32,000 nucleotides of DNA, from the NCBI GenBank assembly GCA_046728335.1, contig JBKPEJ010000023.1:208151-240150 (forward strand), read 5' to 3'. Shown here piece after piece: positions 1-10,378 of this stretch. This stretch comes from Pseudomonadota bacterium (GTDB lineage: Bacteria > Pseudomonadota > Gammaproteobacteria > Burkholderiales > Burkholderiaceae_D). The notes beneath the pieces were generated by a model. That model was not told the origin of the DNA. It was given only the letters and a program-made list of their open reading frames with translations, and searched no databases. Position 1 is the stretch's first letter. The number at the start of each line of letters is the position of its first letter. The position numbers and the translations under genes were made by a program.

Positions 1-1680
1 GGCTACAAGCCATTGACCGGCGAGCTGCAGCGCATCCGCTCGCTGCGCGAAAAGAAGGCGATTCCGGCGCTGATGGCGCACCTGTCGCAGATCGGTGTGT
101 CGGTGCCGTACGGGATCTACGTGGGACAGGATGCGCGCGAGTCGACCCGCTACGCGGCGAATCTCGGCCAGAGCGGCCTGGGACTGCCTGACCGCGACTA
201 CTATTTGAAAAAAGACGACGCCAAGCTGGCCGACGCGCGCGCCAAGTACGAGCTGCACGTCGCGAAAATTCTCGGCATGGCCGGCGAGAAGGATGCCGCG
301 GCCGCCGCCAAGGCAATCGTCGCGCTGGAGACCGCGCTGGCCGAAGCGCAGTGGACCAAGGTCGAGAACCGCGACCCGGTCAAGCGCTACAACAAGATGG
401 ACTTCGCGCAGCTGTCCGCGCTCACTCCCGGCTACGACTGGAAGGGCGCGCTGGCCGCGGCCGGCGTTGCGAGCAAGACCGACTACGTGATCGTCAACCA
501 GCCGAGCTACTTCACGGGCTTTAACCAGGTGCTCGAAAAGACCGATCTGGCGGCCTGGAAGTCCTACTTCGAATGGCAGCTGCTGCGCGCCTATTCGCCT
601 TACCTCTCGAAAGACTTCTACGACGCGAACTTCGCGTTCTACGGCGCCACGATCACCGGCGTGACCGAGAACCAGCCGCGCTGGAAGAACGGCGTGGCCA
701 ACGTTGAATCGGTGCTGGGCGAAGCGGTCGGCCGCCAGTATGTGCATGAGTATTTCCCTGCCGAGCGCAAGGCGCGCATGGAAGTGCTGGTCAAGAACCT
801 GCTCGAAGCGTACAAGCAAAGCATCGACACGCTCGACTGGATGAGCCCTGAAACGAAGAAGGAAGCGCAAGCCAAGCTGGCCAAGTTCACGCCGAAGATC
901 GGCTATCCGGACAAGTGGCGCGACTACTCGGCGCTGACGATCAAGCCGGGCGACCTGGCCGGCAACATGATGCGCGCCCGTACCTTTGCGTACAACCGCG
1001 GCATCAACAAGCTTGGCAAGCCGATCGACCGCGAAGAGTGGGGCATGACGCCGCAGACCGTGAATGCGTACTACAGCTCGACCATGAACGAGATCGTGTT
1101 CCCGGCTTCGATCCTGCAACCGCCGTTCTTCGACATGCGCGCAGACGACGCAGTCAACTACGGCGCGATCGGCGCCGTGATCGGCCACGAAATCAGCCAC
1201 GGCTTCGACGACAAGGGCAGCCAATCCGATGGCGACGGCAACCTGCGCGACTGGTGGACCAAGGAAGACCGCGTCAAGTTCCAGGCCAAGGCCGACGCGC
1301 TGACCAAGCAGTACGACGGCTACAGCCCGCTGCCTGGCTACAACGTCAATGGCGCGCTGACCCTGGGCGAAAACATCGGCGACCTGTCCGGCGTGGCGAT
1401 CTCGTACAAGGCCTACAAGCTGTCGCTGGGCGGCAAGCCAGCGCCTGTGATCGACGGTTTCACCGGCGACCAGCGCTTCTTCATGGGCTTCGGCCAGATC
1501 TGGCGCAGCAAGATGCGCGAGGCGCAGCAGATCGTCCAGGTCAAGACCGACCCGCATTCGCCAGGCCAGTTCCGCACCAATGGCGTGTTGATCAACCAGC
1601 CGGGCTTCTATGAAGCGTTCGGGGTCAAGGAAGGCGACAAGATGTACGTCGCGCCGAAAGACCGCGTCACCATCTGGTAA
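1..1680 (+). CDS. M13-family zinc metallopeptidase (neprilysin/PepO-like), 5' end truncated by the window edge
   Basis: The frame is open from base 1; track ORF 13..1680 begins at an internal TTG. It has HEISHGFD (HExxH), GENIGD (ExxxD) and NAYY motifs typical of M13 peptidases. Long identical blocks are shared with the downstream paralog (LGLPDRDYYLK, KLGKPIDREEWGMTPQT, EIVFPASILQPPFFD). Confidence 0.9.
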   Translation, partial: GYKPLTGELQRIRSLREKKAIPALMAHLSQIGVSVPYGIYVGQDARESTRYAANLGQSGLGLPDRDYYLKKDDAKLADARAKYELHVAKILGMAGEKDAAAAAKAIVALETALAEAQWTKVENRDPVKRYNKMDFAQLSALTPGYDWKGALAAAGVASKTDYVIVNQPSYFTGFNQVLEKTDLAAWKSYFEWQLLRAYSPYLSKDFYDANFAFYGATITGVTENQPRWKNGVANVESVLGEAVGRQYVHEYFPAERKARMEVLVKNLLEAYKQSIDTLDWMSPETKKEAQAKLAKFTPKIGYPDKWRDYSALTIKPGDLAGNMMRARTFAYNRGINKLGKPIDREEWGMTPQTVNAYYSSTMNEIVFPASILQPPFFDMRADDAVNYGAIGAVIGHEISHGFDDKGSQSDGDGNLRDWWTKEDRVKFQAKADALTKQYDGYSPLPGYNVNGALTLGENIGDLSGVAISYKAYKLSLGGKPAPVIDGFTGDQRFFMGFGQIWRSKMREAQQIVQVKTDPHSPGQFRTNGVLINQPGFYEAFGVKEGDKMYVAPKDRVTIW

Positions 1681-1718
1681 TCGAAGCGACACCCACAACA
1701 ACAACGGAGAACATTCTA

Positions 1719-3803
1719 GTGAAACGATATTTGCTAAGCGCCTTGACCCTGAGCCTGATCGCCGGCTTTTCCCACGCCGGCGAGGCGACTGCGGTCGCCG
1801 CCAAGACCAAGGCTGCAGTTTCCGCCAAACCGGGAAAGCATGCGCTCGCATCCGGCATCGCGGTCGAATACATCGACCCGTCGGTGCGCGTGCAGGACGA
1901 CTTCTTCACGCACCTGAACGGCAAGTGGCTCAAGAACACCGAGATCCCGGCCGACAAATCGAGCTGGGGCACTTTCGCCAAGCTTGACGACGACCTGCGC
2001 CCGCAACTGCGCGCGATCATCGAAGACGCCGCCAAGAGCCCGAACCAGAAGGCTGGCACCGACGCCCAGCGCATCGGCGATTTCTACGCCAGCTTCATGG
2101 ACGAGAAAAAGCTCGAAACGCTCGGCCTGACGCCGTTGAACGCCGAACTGGCGCGCATCGCCGCCATCAAGGACAAGGCCGAACTGCCGGCCATGATAGC
2201 GCACCTGGGCCAGCTGGGCGTGCGCGTGCCTTACGATTTCGGCATCCACCAGGACGCCAAGGATTCGACCAAGTACGTGGCCGACATCTCGCAAGGCGGC
2301 CTGGGCCTGCCTGACCGCGACTACTACCTGAAAGCGGACGACGCCAAGCTGGCCGATGCCCTCGCCAAGTACCAGGTCCACGTCGAGAAGATGCTGGCGC
2401 TGGCCGGCGACAAGACCGCCGCGGCAGACGCCAAGGCGATCGTCGCGTTCGAAACCGAACTGGCGCGGGTGCAGTGGACCAAGGTGGAGAACCGCGATCC
2501 GGTCAAGACCTACAACAAGGTCGAGCTGGCGAAGATGGCCGAAGTCGCGCCTGGCTTCGACTGGAAGACCTACCTCGATGCGGCCGGCATCAGCAGCAAG
2601 GCAGGCTATGTCGTGGTCAGCCAGCCGAGCTACCTGAAGGGCTTCGCCGAGGTATCGAACAAGACTTCGCTCGATACCTGGAAAGTCTACCTGCAGATGC
2701 ACCTGATCAGCGCCTATGCCAACTTCCTGTCGAAGCCCTTCGTCGACGAGCGCTTCGCGTTCTACGGCACCACCCTGTCGGGCGTGAAGGAAATGCAGCC
2801 GCGCTGGAAGCGTGCGGTGGGTACGGTCGAAACGGCGATGGGCGAGAGCCTGGGCAAGCTGTATGTCGCGAAGCACTTCCCGGCCGAGCGCAAGGCGCGC
2901 ATGGAGGAACTGGTCAACAACCTGCTGGCCGCCTACAAGCAAAGCATCAACACGCTGGACTGGATGAGCCCTGAGACCAAGAAGGAAGCGCAGGCCAAGC
3001 TGGCCAAGTTCACCGTCAAGATCGGCTATCCGAACCGCTGGAAGGACTACTCGGCATTGGTGGTCTCGCGCGACGACCTGGTCGGCAACGTGATGCGTTC
3101 GCGGATTGTGGAATCGGACCGCGAGCTCAATAAGCTGGGTAAGCCGATCGACCGCGAAGAGTGGGGCATGACGCCGCAGACCATCAACGCGTACTACAAC
3201 CCGGAGATGAACGAGATCGTGTTCCCGGCTTCGATCCTGCAGCCACCTTTCTTCGACGCCAATGCGGACGACGCGGTCAATTACGGCGCCATCGGCGGCG
3301 CGATCGGCCACGAAATCAGCCACGGCTTCGACGACCAGGGTTCGCAGTACGACGGAGACGGCAACCTGCGCGACTGGTGGACCGCGGCTGACCACAAGGC
3401 GTTCGCGGACAAGACCAAGATGCTGGTCGCGCAGTACAACGGTTACAGCCCGCTGCCGAACTATCACGTCAACGGCGAGCTGACCCTCGGCGAGAACATC
3501 GGCGACAACTCCGGCGTGGCGATTGCGTACAAGGCCTACAAGCTGTCCTTGAAGGGAAAGAAGGCGCCGGTGATCGACGGCCTGACCGGCGACCAGCGCT
3601 TCTTCATGGGCTTCGGCCAGGTATGGCGCCAGAAGATGCGCGAGCCGCAGCAGATCGTGCAGGTCAAGACCGACCCGCACTCGCCGGGCCAGTTCCGGGC
3701 CAACGGCACGATGATGAACCAGCCTGCGTTCTACGAGGCGTTCAACGTCAAGCCGGGCGACAAGATGTATTTGGCGCCGAAGGATCGCGTGATCATCTGG
3801 TGA
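1719..3803 (+). CDS. M13-family zinc metallopeptidase (neprilysin/PepO-like), full length with signal peptide
   Basis: 694-aa ORF with an N-terminal signal-like segment (MKRYLLSALTLSLIAGFSHAGEA). HEISHGFD, GENIGD and NAYY motifs are present. It starts 38 nt after the upstream paralog. Confidence 0.93.
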   Translation: MKRYLLSALTLSLIAGFSHAGEATAVAAKTKAAVSAKPGKHALASGIAVEYIDPSVRVQDDFFTHLNGKWLKNTEIPADKSSWGTFAKLDDDLRPQLRAIIEDAAKSPNQKAGTDAQRIGDFYASFMDEKKLETLGLTPLNAELARIAAIKDKAELPAMIAHLGQLGVRVPYDFGIHQDAKDSTKYVADISQGGLGLPDRDYYLKADDAKLADALAKYQVHVEKMLALAGDKTAAADAKAIVAFETELARVQWTKVENRDPVKTYNKVELAKMAEVAPGFDWKTYLDAAGISSKAGYVVVSQPSYLKGFAEVSNKTSLDTWKVYLQMHLISAYANFLSKPFVDERFAFYGTTLSGVKEMQPRWKRAVGTVETAMGESLGKLYVAKHFPAERKARMEELVNNLLAAYKQSINTLDWMSPETKKEAQAKLAKFTVKIGYPNRWKDYSALVVSRDDLVGNVMRSRIVESDRELNKLGKPIDREEWGMTPQTINAYYNPEMNEIVFPASILQPPFFDANADDAVNYGAIGGAIGHEISHGFDDQGSQYDGDGNLRDWWTAADHKAFADKTKMLVAQYNGYSPLPNYHVNGELTLGENIGDNSGVAIAYKAYKLSLKGKKAPVIDGLTGDQRFFMGFGQVWRQKMREPQQIVQVKTDPHSPGQFRANGTMMNQPAFYEAFNVKPGDKMYLAPKDRVIIW

Positions 3804-3855
3804 TAGTCCCCTGAAGTTACCGCTGGGCGCAATCTCGCAGCACGCGTCAAAAATG

Positions 3856-3887
3856 CCGTTCAGCTAATCGCTGTGCGGTATTTTTTT
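3856..3887 (+). terminator. Probable rho-independent terminator of the peptidase pair
   Basis: Imperfect hairpin ccgttcagc-taatc-gctgtgcgg followed by ta + T7, about 50 nt after the stop at 3803. Confidence 0.5.
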
Positions 3888-4458
3888 GTTCGATCGGAAT
3901 GGCCCAGGTCGTCGAAGCTTCTGCGTTTTTGCAACATTTCCGGGCATTGAACACAATTTTCTGCCTGACCATGATGCAGATGGAAGGGGCAACGAGGAGT
4001 GCTTTCCGTCGTCGCCGCGGAAAGTCGCTTATTGATTGTTCAAGAACTATCTGGATGACACCCGCCACATCAACTATGCCATGGTCGCGCGCCGATCAGT
4101 CATCCCCGCATAGGTTTTGCTCAGCCCCTCTGGGAGCGGCCATTTGGCGGACAATTGAGTCTGCACCAAAGAAGCGTTGGCGCTCCAATTCTACCTCCCT
4201 AGCGAACGAAAAAGGTAGGGCCGGCCACGCAGGGGGTATGCGCCGAATGGCTACCCTGCTGCCGGCGTTCGGTGTTTTGGTGAGCGGCCACTACCGACTT
4301 ACGCCGCGAACACTATCCCTCTCGGGCGGGGTGAACTCCCTAACTACATTACCTCGTCGCCTGAGCACCAATTTGCACCGGCGTGAACGCCGATTGAAAT
4401 CAGCGCCCTAATTACGCTGCACGGTTCCTCTAGAGTTCGCTAGGAGGATCGCCTGGCG

Positions 4459-6222
4459 TTAGCGCGTAATGCTGGAGTAACTGCACGACTTGATAACACC
4501 AATGATCGGATCACCGAACACAGAATTCGTACATGGGGTCGATCCAGCAATGATCTTTGATGCAAATGTGCCGGATGTGCCGTAACGTACTTCACGTGTG
4601 CCTGTGAAGGAGCAAATAGAGCCCTCACTGCCGCAAGAAGTCCAAGTCTCCGTCGGCGCTGGAGGCGGCGGCGAAGTCGTAGGCGTGCCGGAGTACTGGC
4701 AAGTCTTGACCACCCCAGGACTCGGATCACCAAATACCGAATTGTTGCAGGCGATCGAAGTGGTTGCGGTGAGTGTCGCAAAACTGCTGCCAGCCCCATA
4801 TCTGACCTGACGAGTATCCGTGAAATTGCACACTCCGCCTTCATTTGCGCAGGTAGTCCAGGTGGTCGTCGTCGGCGGCTGTTCCGCCGTACCGAATTCA
4901 TATGCGCCGATGTCGAGTCCCGCACCTTGTGGGCGCGCTGCATCGTCCATATCGTAGGTCGGTGCGTTGGTCGCCGTGCCCTTGTCGATCGCCGGCGACG
5001 TGCTCTGCAGACGATAATTGCCGGTGCCGTTGGCCTGGTAGTTGACGAACTGCGGATTGGCCGTGATGGTGCCGGTCGCGCTGCCCACCTTCATGGTGAT
5101 GCCCGAGCTGCTGCCGGTCACCAGGTTGTTGGCGACGACGACGCCGCTGCCGATGCAAGCCTCGCCCGAGTTGCAATACTCGTAAATGCCTTTCGCCGGG
5201 TTGTTGAAGACGATATTGTTGATGACCTTGGTGTTGGTCAGGATCTTGCCGCCTGGGCTGTCGCCCACGCCGAGCACAATGCCGCCGCCCATGCTGCCGC
5301 CACCGTTCTGGAACGAAGTGTTATTCGCCACCATCACGTTGTCCGCGGCATGCCACAGGTGGATGCCCCACGACGAAGCACGGTACACGATGTTGTTGTA
5401 GATATGGCCACGCAGGTTCGTGTGGTAGATGCCGTGGACCGAATTGCAGGCACCCGGTACGCCGATATCGTGCACCACGTTGCCGATGATGTCGCCGTCC
5501 GAAGCGGTGTATTCAGCGTTCATGATGCCGGCGCCGCCGCCGCCGCCGCAGCCGCCCGACACGGTCAGGTTGTGCACGTGGTTGCCTTGCGCCAGGGTGT
5601 AGGACGCCAGGTTCAGGATGCCCAGGCGGCCGGGGCCAGAAATATCGAAACCGACGATGTCGGTGTAGTTGGCGCGGTTGGTCCACATGCCTTCGGTGCC
5701 GCTGCCGATGATCTTGGCGCCCCATTTGGTGTCGGACACATAGCGGATGCGTCCGCTCGAGGTGCCATGGACCCTGGTCGACACGTTTTCGCGGTAGGTA
5801 CCGGCTGCGACGTGGACTGTGGTTGACGGCTTGGCCAGGCTGGCCGCACGGTTGATCGTAAGGAATGGCGCAGCCGCGGTGCCGGCGTTGGAATCTGAAC
5901 CGGTGGGCGACACATACAGATTGTACGTGCTAGCCGCAACCGCTGTTGCGGCAGCCAACAGGCGAGTGGAGCCGTCAGGGCCGATCTCCGATGCGGTGTC
6001 CGTGGTGATCGGGCTTGTCGTGGCGGTGGATGCTTGTGCCCCTGCAATATTCGCACCGGAGTCGCTTGTCGTGCCATGGTCAGAAAGGGCGGCCGTTTTG
6101 ATGGCGCTGCTGTTGCCGGTGTCGGTAGTGCCGCCGCCGCATGCTGTCAACAATACTGCGGCGCTGCAGCACAACACCAAGCTGGCTCGAATATCCAACA
6201 CAATAGTATCTAATTTTTTCAT
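4459..6222 (-). CDS. Secreted right-handed parallel beta-helix repeat lipoprotein (pectate-lyase-fold, DUF1565-like N-terminus) with two C-terminal Cys-containing modules
   Basis: 587-aa ORF with a signal peptide and lipobox-like LLTAC. YVSPTGSDSNAGTAAAPFLTINRAA is the typical start of beta-helix proteins. There are many N/G-rich turns (NNIVY, NNIVFNN, ANNLVTG) and a PT-rich linker before the duplicated C-terminal module. Confidence 0.8.
   Translation of the reverse strand: MKKLDTIVLDIRASLVLCCSAAVLLTACGGGTTDTGNSSAIKTAALSDHGTTSDSGANIAGAQASTATTSPITTDTASEIGPDGSTRLLAAATAVAASTYNLYVSPTGSDSNAGTAAAPFLTINRAASLAKPSTTVHVAAGTYRENVSTRVHGTSSGRIRYVSDTKWGAKIIGSGTEGMWTNRANYTDIVGFDISGPGRLGILNLASYTLAQGNHVHNLTVSGGCGGGGGAGIMNAEYTASDGDIIGNVVHDIGVPGACNSVHGIYHTNLRGHIYNNIVYRASSWGIHLWHAADNVMVANNTSFQNGGGSMGGGIVLGVGDSPGGKILTNTKVINNIVFNNPAKGIYEYCNSGEACIGSGVVVANNLVTGSSSGITMKVGSATGTITANPQFVNYQANGTGNYRLQSTSPAIDKGTATNAPTYDMDDAARPQGAGLDIGAYEFGTAEQPPTTTTWTTCANEGGVCNFTDTRQVRYGAGSSFATLTATTSIACNNSVFGDPSPGVVKTCQYSGTPTTSPPPPAPTETWTSCGSEGSICSFTGTREVRYGTSGTFASKIIAGSTPCTNSVFGDPIIGVIKSCSYSSITR
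4462..4872 (-). repeat. Tandem duplication of a ~55-60-aa four-Cys module inside the beta-helix gene
   Basis: The two copies align residue by residue: WTTCANEGGVCNFTDTRQVRYGAGSSFATLTATTSIACNNSVFGDPSPGVVKTCQYS versus WTSCGSEGSICSFTGTREVRYGTSGTFASKIIAGSTPCTNSVFGDPIIGVIKSCSYS. They are separated by a PTTSPPPPAP linker. Confidence 0.85.
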
Positions 6223-6786
6223 CTGGAACTTCCGTAACTCAACAGTGAATGAGTAACTTTGAGCGTAGGAAACTTCCTTAGTTCAATGGTTTTGCGGAAA
6301 AATTTCTGCGCAGTATCGAATCCACAATCTCATTTGCTGCTCGGCAAGAGATCCAAATGTGGATGATGGAGCGCCCAAACGCGATGCGAAACTGCGAGCA
6401 GGTGGTGACACCCGAGCAGATAAAATTGCAACAAGTAAAGGGATTTGCGCGGAGGAAGGTTTGGCGCGGAGCGAAGCTCGCGCGCGTTCAACTGTTGACG
6501 CTTTTCGAGGATGAGCGCAACGCCGCCGCGTGCGCTGAAGATCAGCGCAATGACAAATTGGGCTGCGTAGTAGCTAGCGGAGTAGAGCCAGCTGGGCCGG
6601 TAATTCTGGGACCCGTGGCACAGGCGGGCGCCCCAGGCGGGCAACTTCCGACGCCAGGTGATGGCGGTGGGAGATTCGCCGCGGTGATACCGTCGCGGTC
6701 AGCAAGCTCGACCGCTTAGCAGGCGGTGCGCCAGAGTTGTCAGGCGAGTCGCGACAGGAGCCGGCACTGCTAAAGCATGTGGCGCT

Positions 6787-7662
6787 TCAGCTCAGCAGGC
6801 TTAGCAAATATTGTCCATAGCCATTCTTGGCCAGTGGTTCCGCCAGCGCAAGGACGTTTTCCCTCGTGATCCACTGCTGCGCATATGCAATTTCTTCAGG
6901 GCAGGCTACCATTAGCCCTTGGCGCTTCTGCAGTGTCGCAATGAAACTGGCGGCATCTAACAGGCTGTCGTGAGTTCCGGTATCCAGCCAGGCATAACCG
7001 CGGCCCATCATTTCGACGTTCAGTTGCCCGAGTTCGAGATAACGCCGGTTGACGTCGGTAATTTCCAGCTCGCCCCGAGCCGACGGACGAATGTCGGCGG
7101 CGAGGTCGCATACTTGCTTGTCATAGAAATACAGTCCAGTGACTGCGTAGTTGCTCTTGGGGACCTTCGGTTTTTCTTCAATGCTGATCGCGCGCTGCTT
7201 GTCGTCGAACTCGACCACCCCATAGCGCCCCGGGTCATTGACGTGGTAGGCAAAAACGCTCGCTCCGCTGGTTTGGGCGCTGGCGTGTTGCAGTTGTTTG
7301 ACGAGATCGTGACCGTAGAAAATATTGTCTCCAAGGACCAGCGCGCTTGGATCGGAGCCGACAAAGTCGCGCCCGATGATGAAGGCCTGGGCCAAGCCGT
7401 CGGGCGAGGGCTGAACCGCATACTGGATGCTGAGGCCCCATTGCGAGCCGTCGCCGAGCAGCGCGGAAAATCGCGGTGTGTCTTCCGGCGTGGAGATAAT
7501 CAGGATATCGCGAATGCCCGCCAACATGAGCGTCGTCAGCGGGTAATAGATCATCGGCTTGTCGTACACTGGCATCAGCTGCTTGGAGACCGCCTGCGTG
7601 ACGGGGTAGAGCCGTGTGCCGGAACCGCCGGCGAGGATGATGCCTTTGCGCTTAATGTCCAT
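6787..7662 (-). CDS. rfbA: Glucose-1-phosphate thymidylyltransferase (RmlA/RfbA)
   Basis: 291 aa. The N-terminal [17 protein letters not shown] nucleotidyltransferase signature and the rest of the sequence ([30 protein letters not shown]) are classical RmlA. Confidence 0.95.
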   Translation of the reverse strand: MDIKRKGIILAGGSGTRLYPVTQAVSKQLMPVYDKPMIYYPLTTLMLAGIRDILIISTPEDTPRFSALLGDGSQWGLSIQYAVQPSPDGLAQAFIIGRDFVGSDPSALVLGDNIFYGHDLVKQLQHASAQTSGASVFAYHVNDPGRYGVVEFDDKQRAISIEEKPKVPKSNYAVTGLYFYDKQVCDLAADIRPSARGELEITDVNRRYLELGQLNVEMMGRGYAWLDTGTHDSLLDAASFIATLQKRQGLMVACPEEIAYAQQWITRENVLALAEPLAKNGYGQYLLSLLS

Positions 7663-7735
7663 GTGCTATGCCTTGATCAAATTAAATGCTGAAGAATTTT
7701 GCCAGAAGGAGGCCGATGCATACCCAAGCGGCAGC

Positions 7736-8794
7736 TCAGCGGCCGTACTGCTTTCCCACCCAATTCTGATAAGCGCCGCTGGTGACATTCCCGACCCATT
7801 CCTGGTTGTCGAGATACCACTGCACCGTTTTGCGGATCCCCGTCTCGAACGTTTCGGCGGGCTTCCAATCGAGTTCTTTCGCCAGTTTGGTGGCATCGAT
7901 GGCGTAACGGCGGTCGTGCCCCGGCCGATCCTTCACGAAGGTGATTTGGGCAGCGTAGGATTTGCCATCGGCGCGCGGTTTCAGCTCGTCCAGGATATCG
8001 CACAGCGTATGCACCACTTCGAGGTTTGACTTTTCATTCCAGCCGCCGACGTTATACGTCTCGCCCGAGATGCCCGATTCCAGAACCCGCCGGATGGCGG
8101 AACAATGATCTTTTACGTACAGCCAATCGCGGATCTGCTGCCCATCGCCGTAGATCGGCAAGGGCTTGCCTGCCAGCGCATTGTGGATCACCAGCGGAAT
8201 CAGCTTTTCGGGGAAGTGATAGGGCCCGTAGTTATTCGAGCAGTTGGTGGTCAATACCGGCAAGCCGTAAGTGTGATGGTACGAGCGGACCAGGTGGTCG
8301 GACGCCGCCTTGCTTGCCGAATAGGGGCTGTTTGGTTCGTAGCTGTCGGTTTCGCTGAACGCAGGATCGTCCTTGCCTAGCGAGCCATACACTTCATCGG
8401 TCGACACGTGCAGCAGGCGGAAATCGGCCTTTTCATCGCCTTGCAGGCCGGCCCAATAGGCACGCACCGCTTCGAGCAGCCGGAACGTACCGACGATGTT
8501 AGTCTGGATGAACTCTTCCGGGCTGTCGATCGAGCGGTCGACATGCGACTCGGCCGCAAAATTGATAATCGCGCGCGGACGATGTTGCGTCAGCAGATCG
8601 GCCATCAGCTTGCGGTCGGCGATGTCGCCTTCGACAAACACGTGGCGCGGGTCGCTGGCCGCGCTGCGCAAGGTCTCGAGGTTGCCCGCATAGGTCAGTT
8701 TGTCGTAGTTAACGACGCCTTCGTCGCTGCCGGCCAACCAGTCGAGCACGAAATTTGCGCCGATGAAGCCGGCGCCGCCAGTGACAAGAATCAT
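7736..8794 (-). CDS. rfbB: dTDP-glucose 4,6-dehydratase (RmlB/RfbB)
   Basis: [15 protein letters not shown] Rossmann start plus [10 protein letters not shown] (YxxxK) of SDR dehydratases. I place the start at the ATG at 8794, which forms an ATGA overlap with the upstream stop. The 31-codon Arg/His-rich extension to 8887 in the track looks spurious. Confidence 0.93.
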   Translation of the reverse strand: MILVTGGAGFIGANFVLDWLAGSDEGVVNYDKLTYAGNLETLRSAASDPRHVFVEGDIADRKLMADLLTQHRPRAIINFAAESHVDRSIDSPEEFIQTNIVGTFRLLEAVRAYWAGLQGDEKADFRLLHVSTDEVYGSLGKDDPAFSETDSYEPNSPYSASKAASDHLVRSYHHTYGLPVLTTNCSNNYGPYHFPEKLIPLVIHNALAGKPLPIYGDGQQIRDWLYVKDHCSAIRRVLESGISGETYNVGGWNEKSNLEVVHTLCDILDELKPRADGKSYAAQITFVKDRPGHDRRYAIDATKLAKELDWKPAETFETGIRKTVQWYLDNQEWVGNVTSGAYQNWVGKQYGR

Positions 8795-9951
8795 GCGGCC
8801 ACCTCCCGGCCCGATTGGCTTGGCCACTCGATGGCGGTGACGATGTCGTCGATCATCCCCGGCAGCTGTTCTTCCAGCCCCAGCCACATCGGCAGGCGCA
8901 ATAGGCGCGCGCCAGTATCGTCGGTATTGTCCATAGTGCCGGCAGTGCGGCCAAGCTCCTTGCCATTCGGCGACGAGTGCAGCGGAATATAGTGAAACAC
9001 GGTCTGGATGTCTTTTTCCTTGAGGCGCTGGATGAGGCGGGTGCGCGTTGCAAGATCGGGCAGCAAGATGTAATACATATGGGCGTTGTGCACGCAGTCC
9101 CGCGGCACGGTAGGGCGTACGATTTTACCAGCCGCTTCCAGGGCGGCGAACCGCTGATGGTATACATTCCAGATATCGAGCCGGCGCTGATTGATCTGAT
9201 TGGCTTCCTCCAGCTGCGCCCACAGGAAGGCGGCGACGATTTCGCCCGGCAAGAAGGACGACCCGATATCTACCCAGGTGTACTTGTCGACCTGTCCCCG
9301 GAAAAACTGGCTGCGGTTGGTACCTTTTTCGCGGATGATTTCGGCGCGCGCGACAAAGCGTGGATCGTTGATCAGCAGCGCGCCACCTTCGCCGGAAATG
9401 ATGTTCTTGGTTTCATGGAACGATAAGGCCGCCATGTGGCCAAAGCTGCCTAGAGCGCGCCCTTTGTAAGTCGACATGATGCCCTGGGCGGCATCCTCGA
9501 TCACCAGAAGGTTGTGGCGTTGCGCGATAGCCATGATGGTATCCATCTCACAGCTCACGCCGGCATAGTGTACCGGCACGATCGCCTTGGTACGCGGCGT
9601 GATCGCCGCTTCGATCTTCGTTTCGTCGATGTTGAGCGTGTCCGGCCGGATGTCGACGAACACCGGCGTGGCGCCGCGCAGCACGAATGCGTTCGAAGTC
9701 GACACGAATGTATACGACGGCATGATCACTTCGTCGCCGGGCTGGATATCGGCCAGGATGGCGGCCATTTCCAGCGCGGCGGTGCAGGAGTGGGTCAGCA
9801 GTGCTTTCTGGACGCCGATGCGCTGTTCCAGCCAGGCGCTGCACTTTTTCGTGAAATTTCCATCGCCCGCCAAATGACCGCTAGCGTGCGCTTGCGAAAT
9901 GTACCAGAGCTCTTTTCCGGTCATGTACGGCCTGTTGAATGGAATGTGCAT
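8791..9951 (-). CDS. wecE: DegT/DnrJ/EryC1-family PLP aminotransferase, WecE/RffA-like (dTDP-4-keto-6-deoxyglucose 4-aminotransferase)
   Basis: Blocks that I recognise from enterobacterial WecE: [42 protein letters not shown] (PLP lysine), [20 protein letters not shown]. The start is ambiguous: ATG at 9951 (MHIPF, preferred), 9960, or 9993 in the track. Confidence 0.85.
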   Translation of the reverse strand: MHIPFNRPYMTGKELWYISQAHASGHLAGDGNFTKKCSAWLEQRIGVQKALLTHSCTAALEMAAILADIQPGDEVIMPSYTFVSTSNAFVLRGATPVFVDIRPDTLNIDETKIEAAITPRTKAIVPVHYAGVSCEMDTIMAIAQRHNLLVIEDAAQGIMSTYKGRALGSFGHMAALSFHETKNIISGEGGALLINDPRFVARAEIIREKGTNRSQFFRGQVDKYTWVDIGSSFLPGEIVAAFLWAQLEEANQINQRRLDIWNVYHQRFAALEAAGKIVRPTVPRDCVHNAHMYYILLPDLATRTRLIQRLKEKDIQTVFHYIPLHSSPNGKELGRTAGTMDNTDDTGARLLRLPMWLGLEEQLPGMIDDIVTAIEWPSQSGREVAA

Positions 9952-9964
9952 GACTTGCATGTCC

Positions 9965-10378
9965 TTATGATGATTTGCGTTGTCCGAAGGCATCCGGCGC
10001 GAATACCCAAAACTTCTGAATTAAAAACAGCATCACCGCGAGCGACGGGATCATTGCGCCCTGGACTAACTGATGCGGATATCCGAGCACATCAACAAGG
10101 ATGAACAGGACGCATATATTGATGGCATAGCCGATGCCGTAGGCGGCGCAATAGCGAAAAAAGACCTTGCTATGGGTGCCCTCATGCTCGAACGTCCACT
10201 TCTTGTTGAATACGAATGTCTGCAGCAAACCGACACTGTACAGGAGTGTCATTGCGAGCTTCGGCCCCAAGCCGAGCCGGGTCAGGCCAAGGTAGATGAC
10301 ATAGCAGAGCAGGTTGGACGCGACCCCCACGATTGCATAACGCAGCAACTGGCGTTGCACTTCAGTGAAGATCAGCAT
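9965..10378 (-). CDS. GtrA-family small membrane protein (putative polyprenyl-phosphate-sugar flippase)
   Basis: 137 aa with four predicted hydrophobic helices. LLRYAIVGVASNLLCYVIY and FNKKWTF are typical of the GtrA-like family. It overlaps the upstream GNAT stop by 7 nt. Confidence 0.8.
   Translation of the reverse strand: MLIFTEVQRQLLRYAIVGVASNLLCYVIYLGLTRLGLGPKLAMTLLYSVGLLQTFVFNKKWTFEHEGTHSKVFFRYCAAYGIGYAINICVLFILVDVLGYPHQLVQGAMIPSLAVMLFLIQKFWVFAPDAFGQRKSS

Noticed and set aside
1734-3680. 648-aa minus-strand ORF antisense to the second M13 peptidase gene, plus similar alternative-frame ORFs at 915-1613, 2474-2974 and 4927-5826.
   Set aside because: Their Arg/Ala/Gly/Leu-rich, low-complexity translations are typical of open antisense or shifted frames in GC-rich coding DNA. 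The sense frames carry unambiguous catalytic motifs.
6223-6786. Mutually overlapping ORFs 6330-6644 (minus) and 6357-6719 (plus) between the beta-helix gene and rfbA.
   Set aside because: They have no RBS, no recognisable motif, and each is antisense to the other. The region is more likely the promoter/leader of the beta-helix gene plus the 3' region of the rfb operon. A degraded gene cannot be excluded.
7736-8887. The long N-terminal extension of the rfbB ORF (start at 8887), and similar extensions for int (29353), cytochrome c (15546), GT2 (12235), VbhA-like (24948), cassette gene A (25132) and acyltransferase (29764).
   Set aside because: The extensions are non-conserved-looking, often begin at non-ATG codons, and overlap upstream genes or structured RNA. 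Internal ATG/GTG codons with Shine-Dalgarno sequences align with the known family N-termini.
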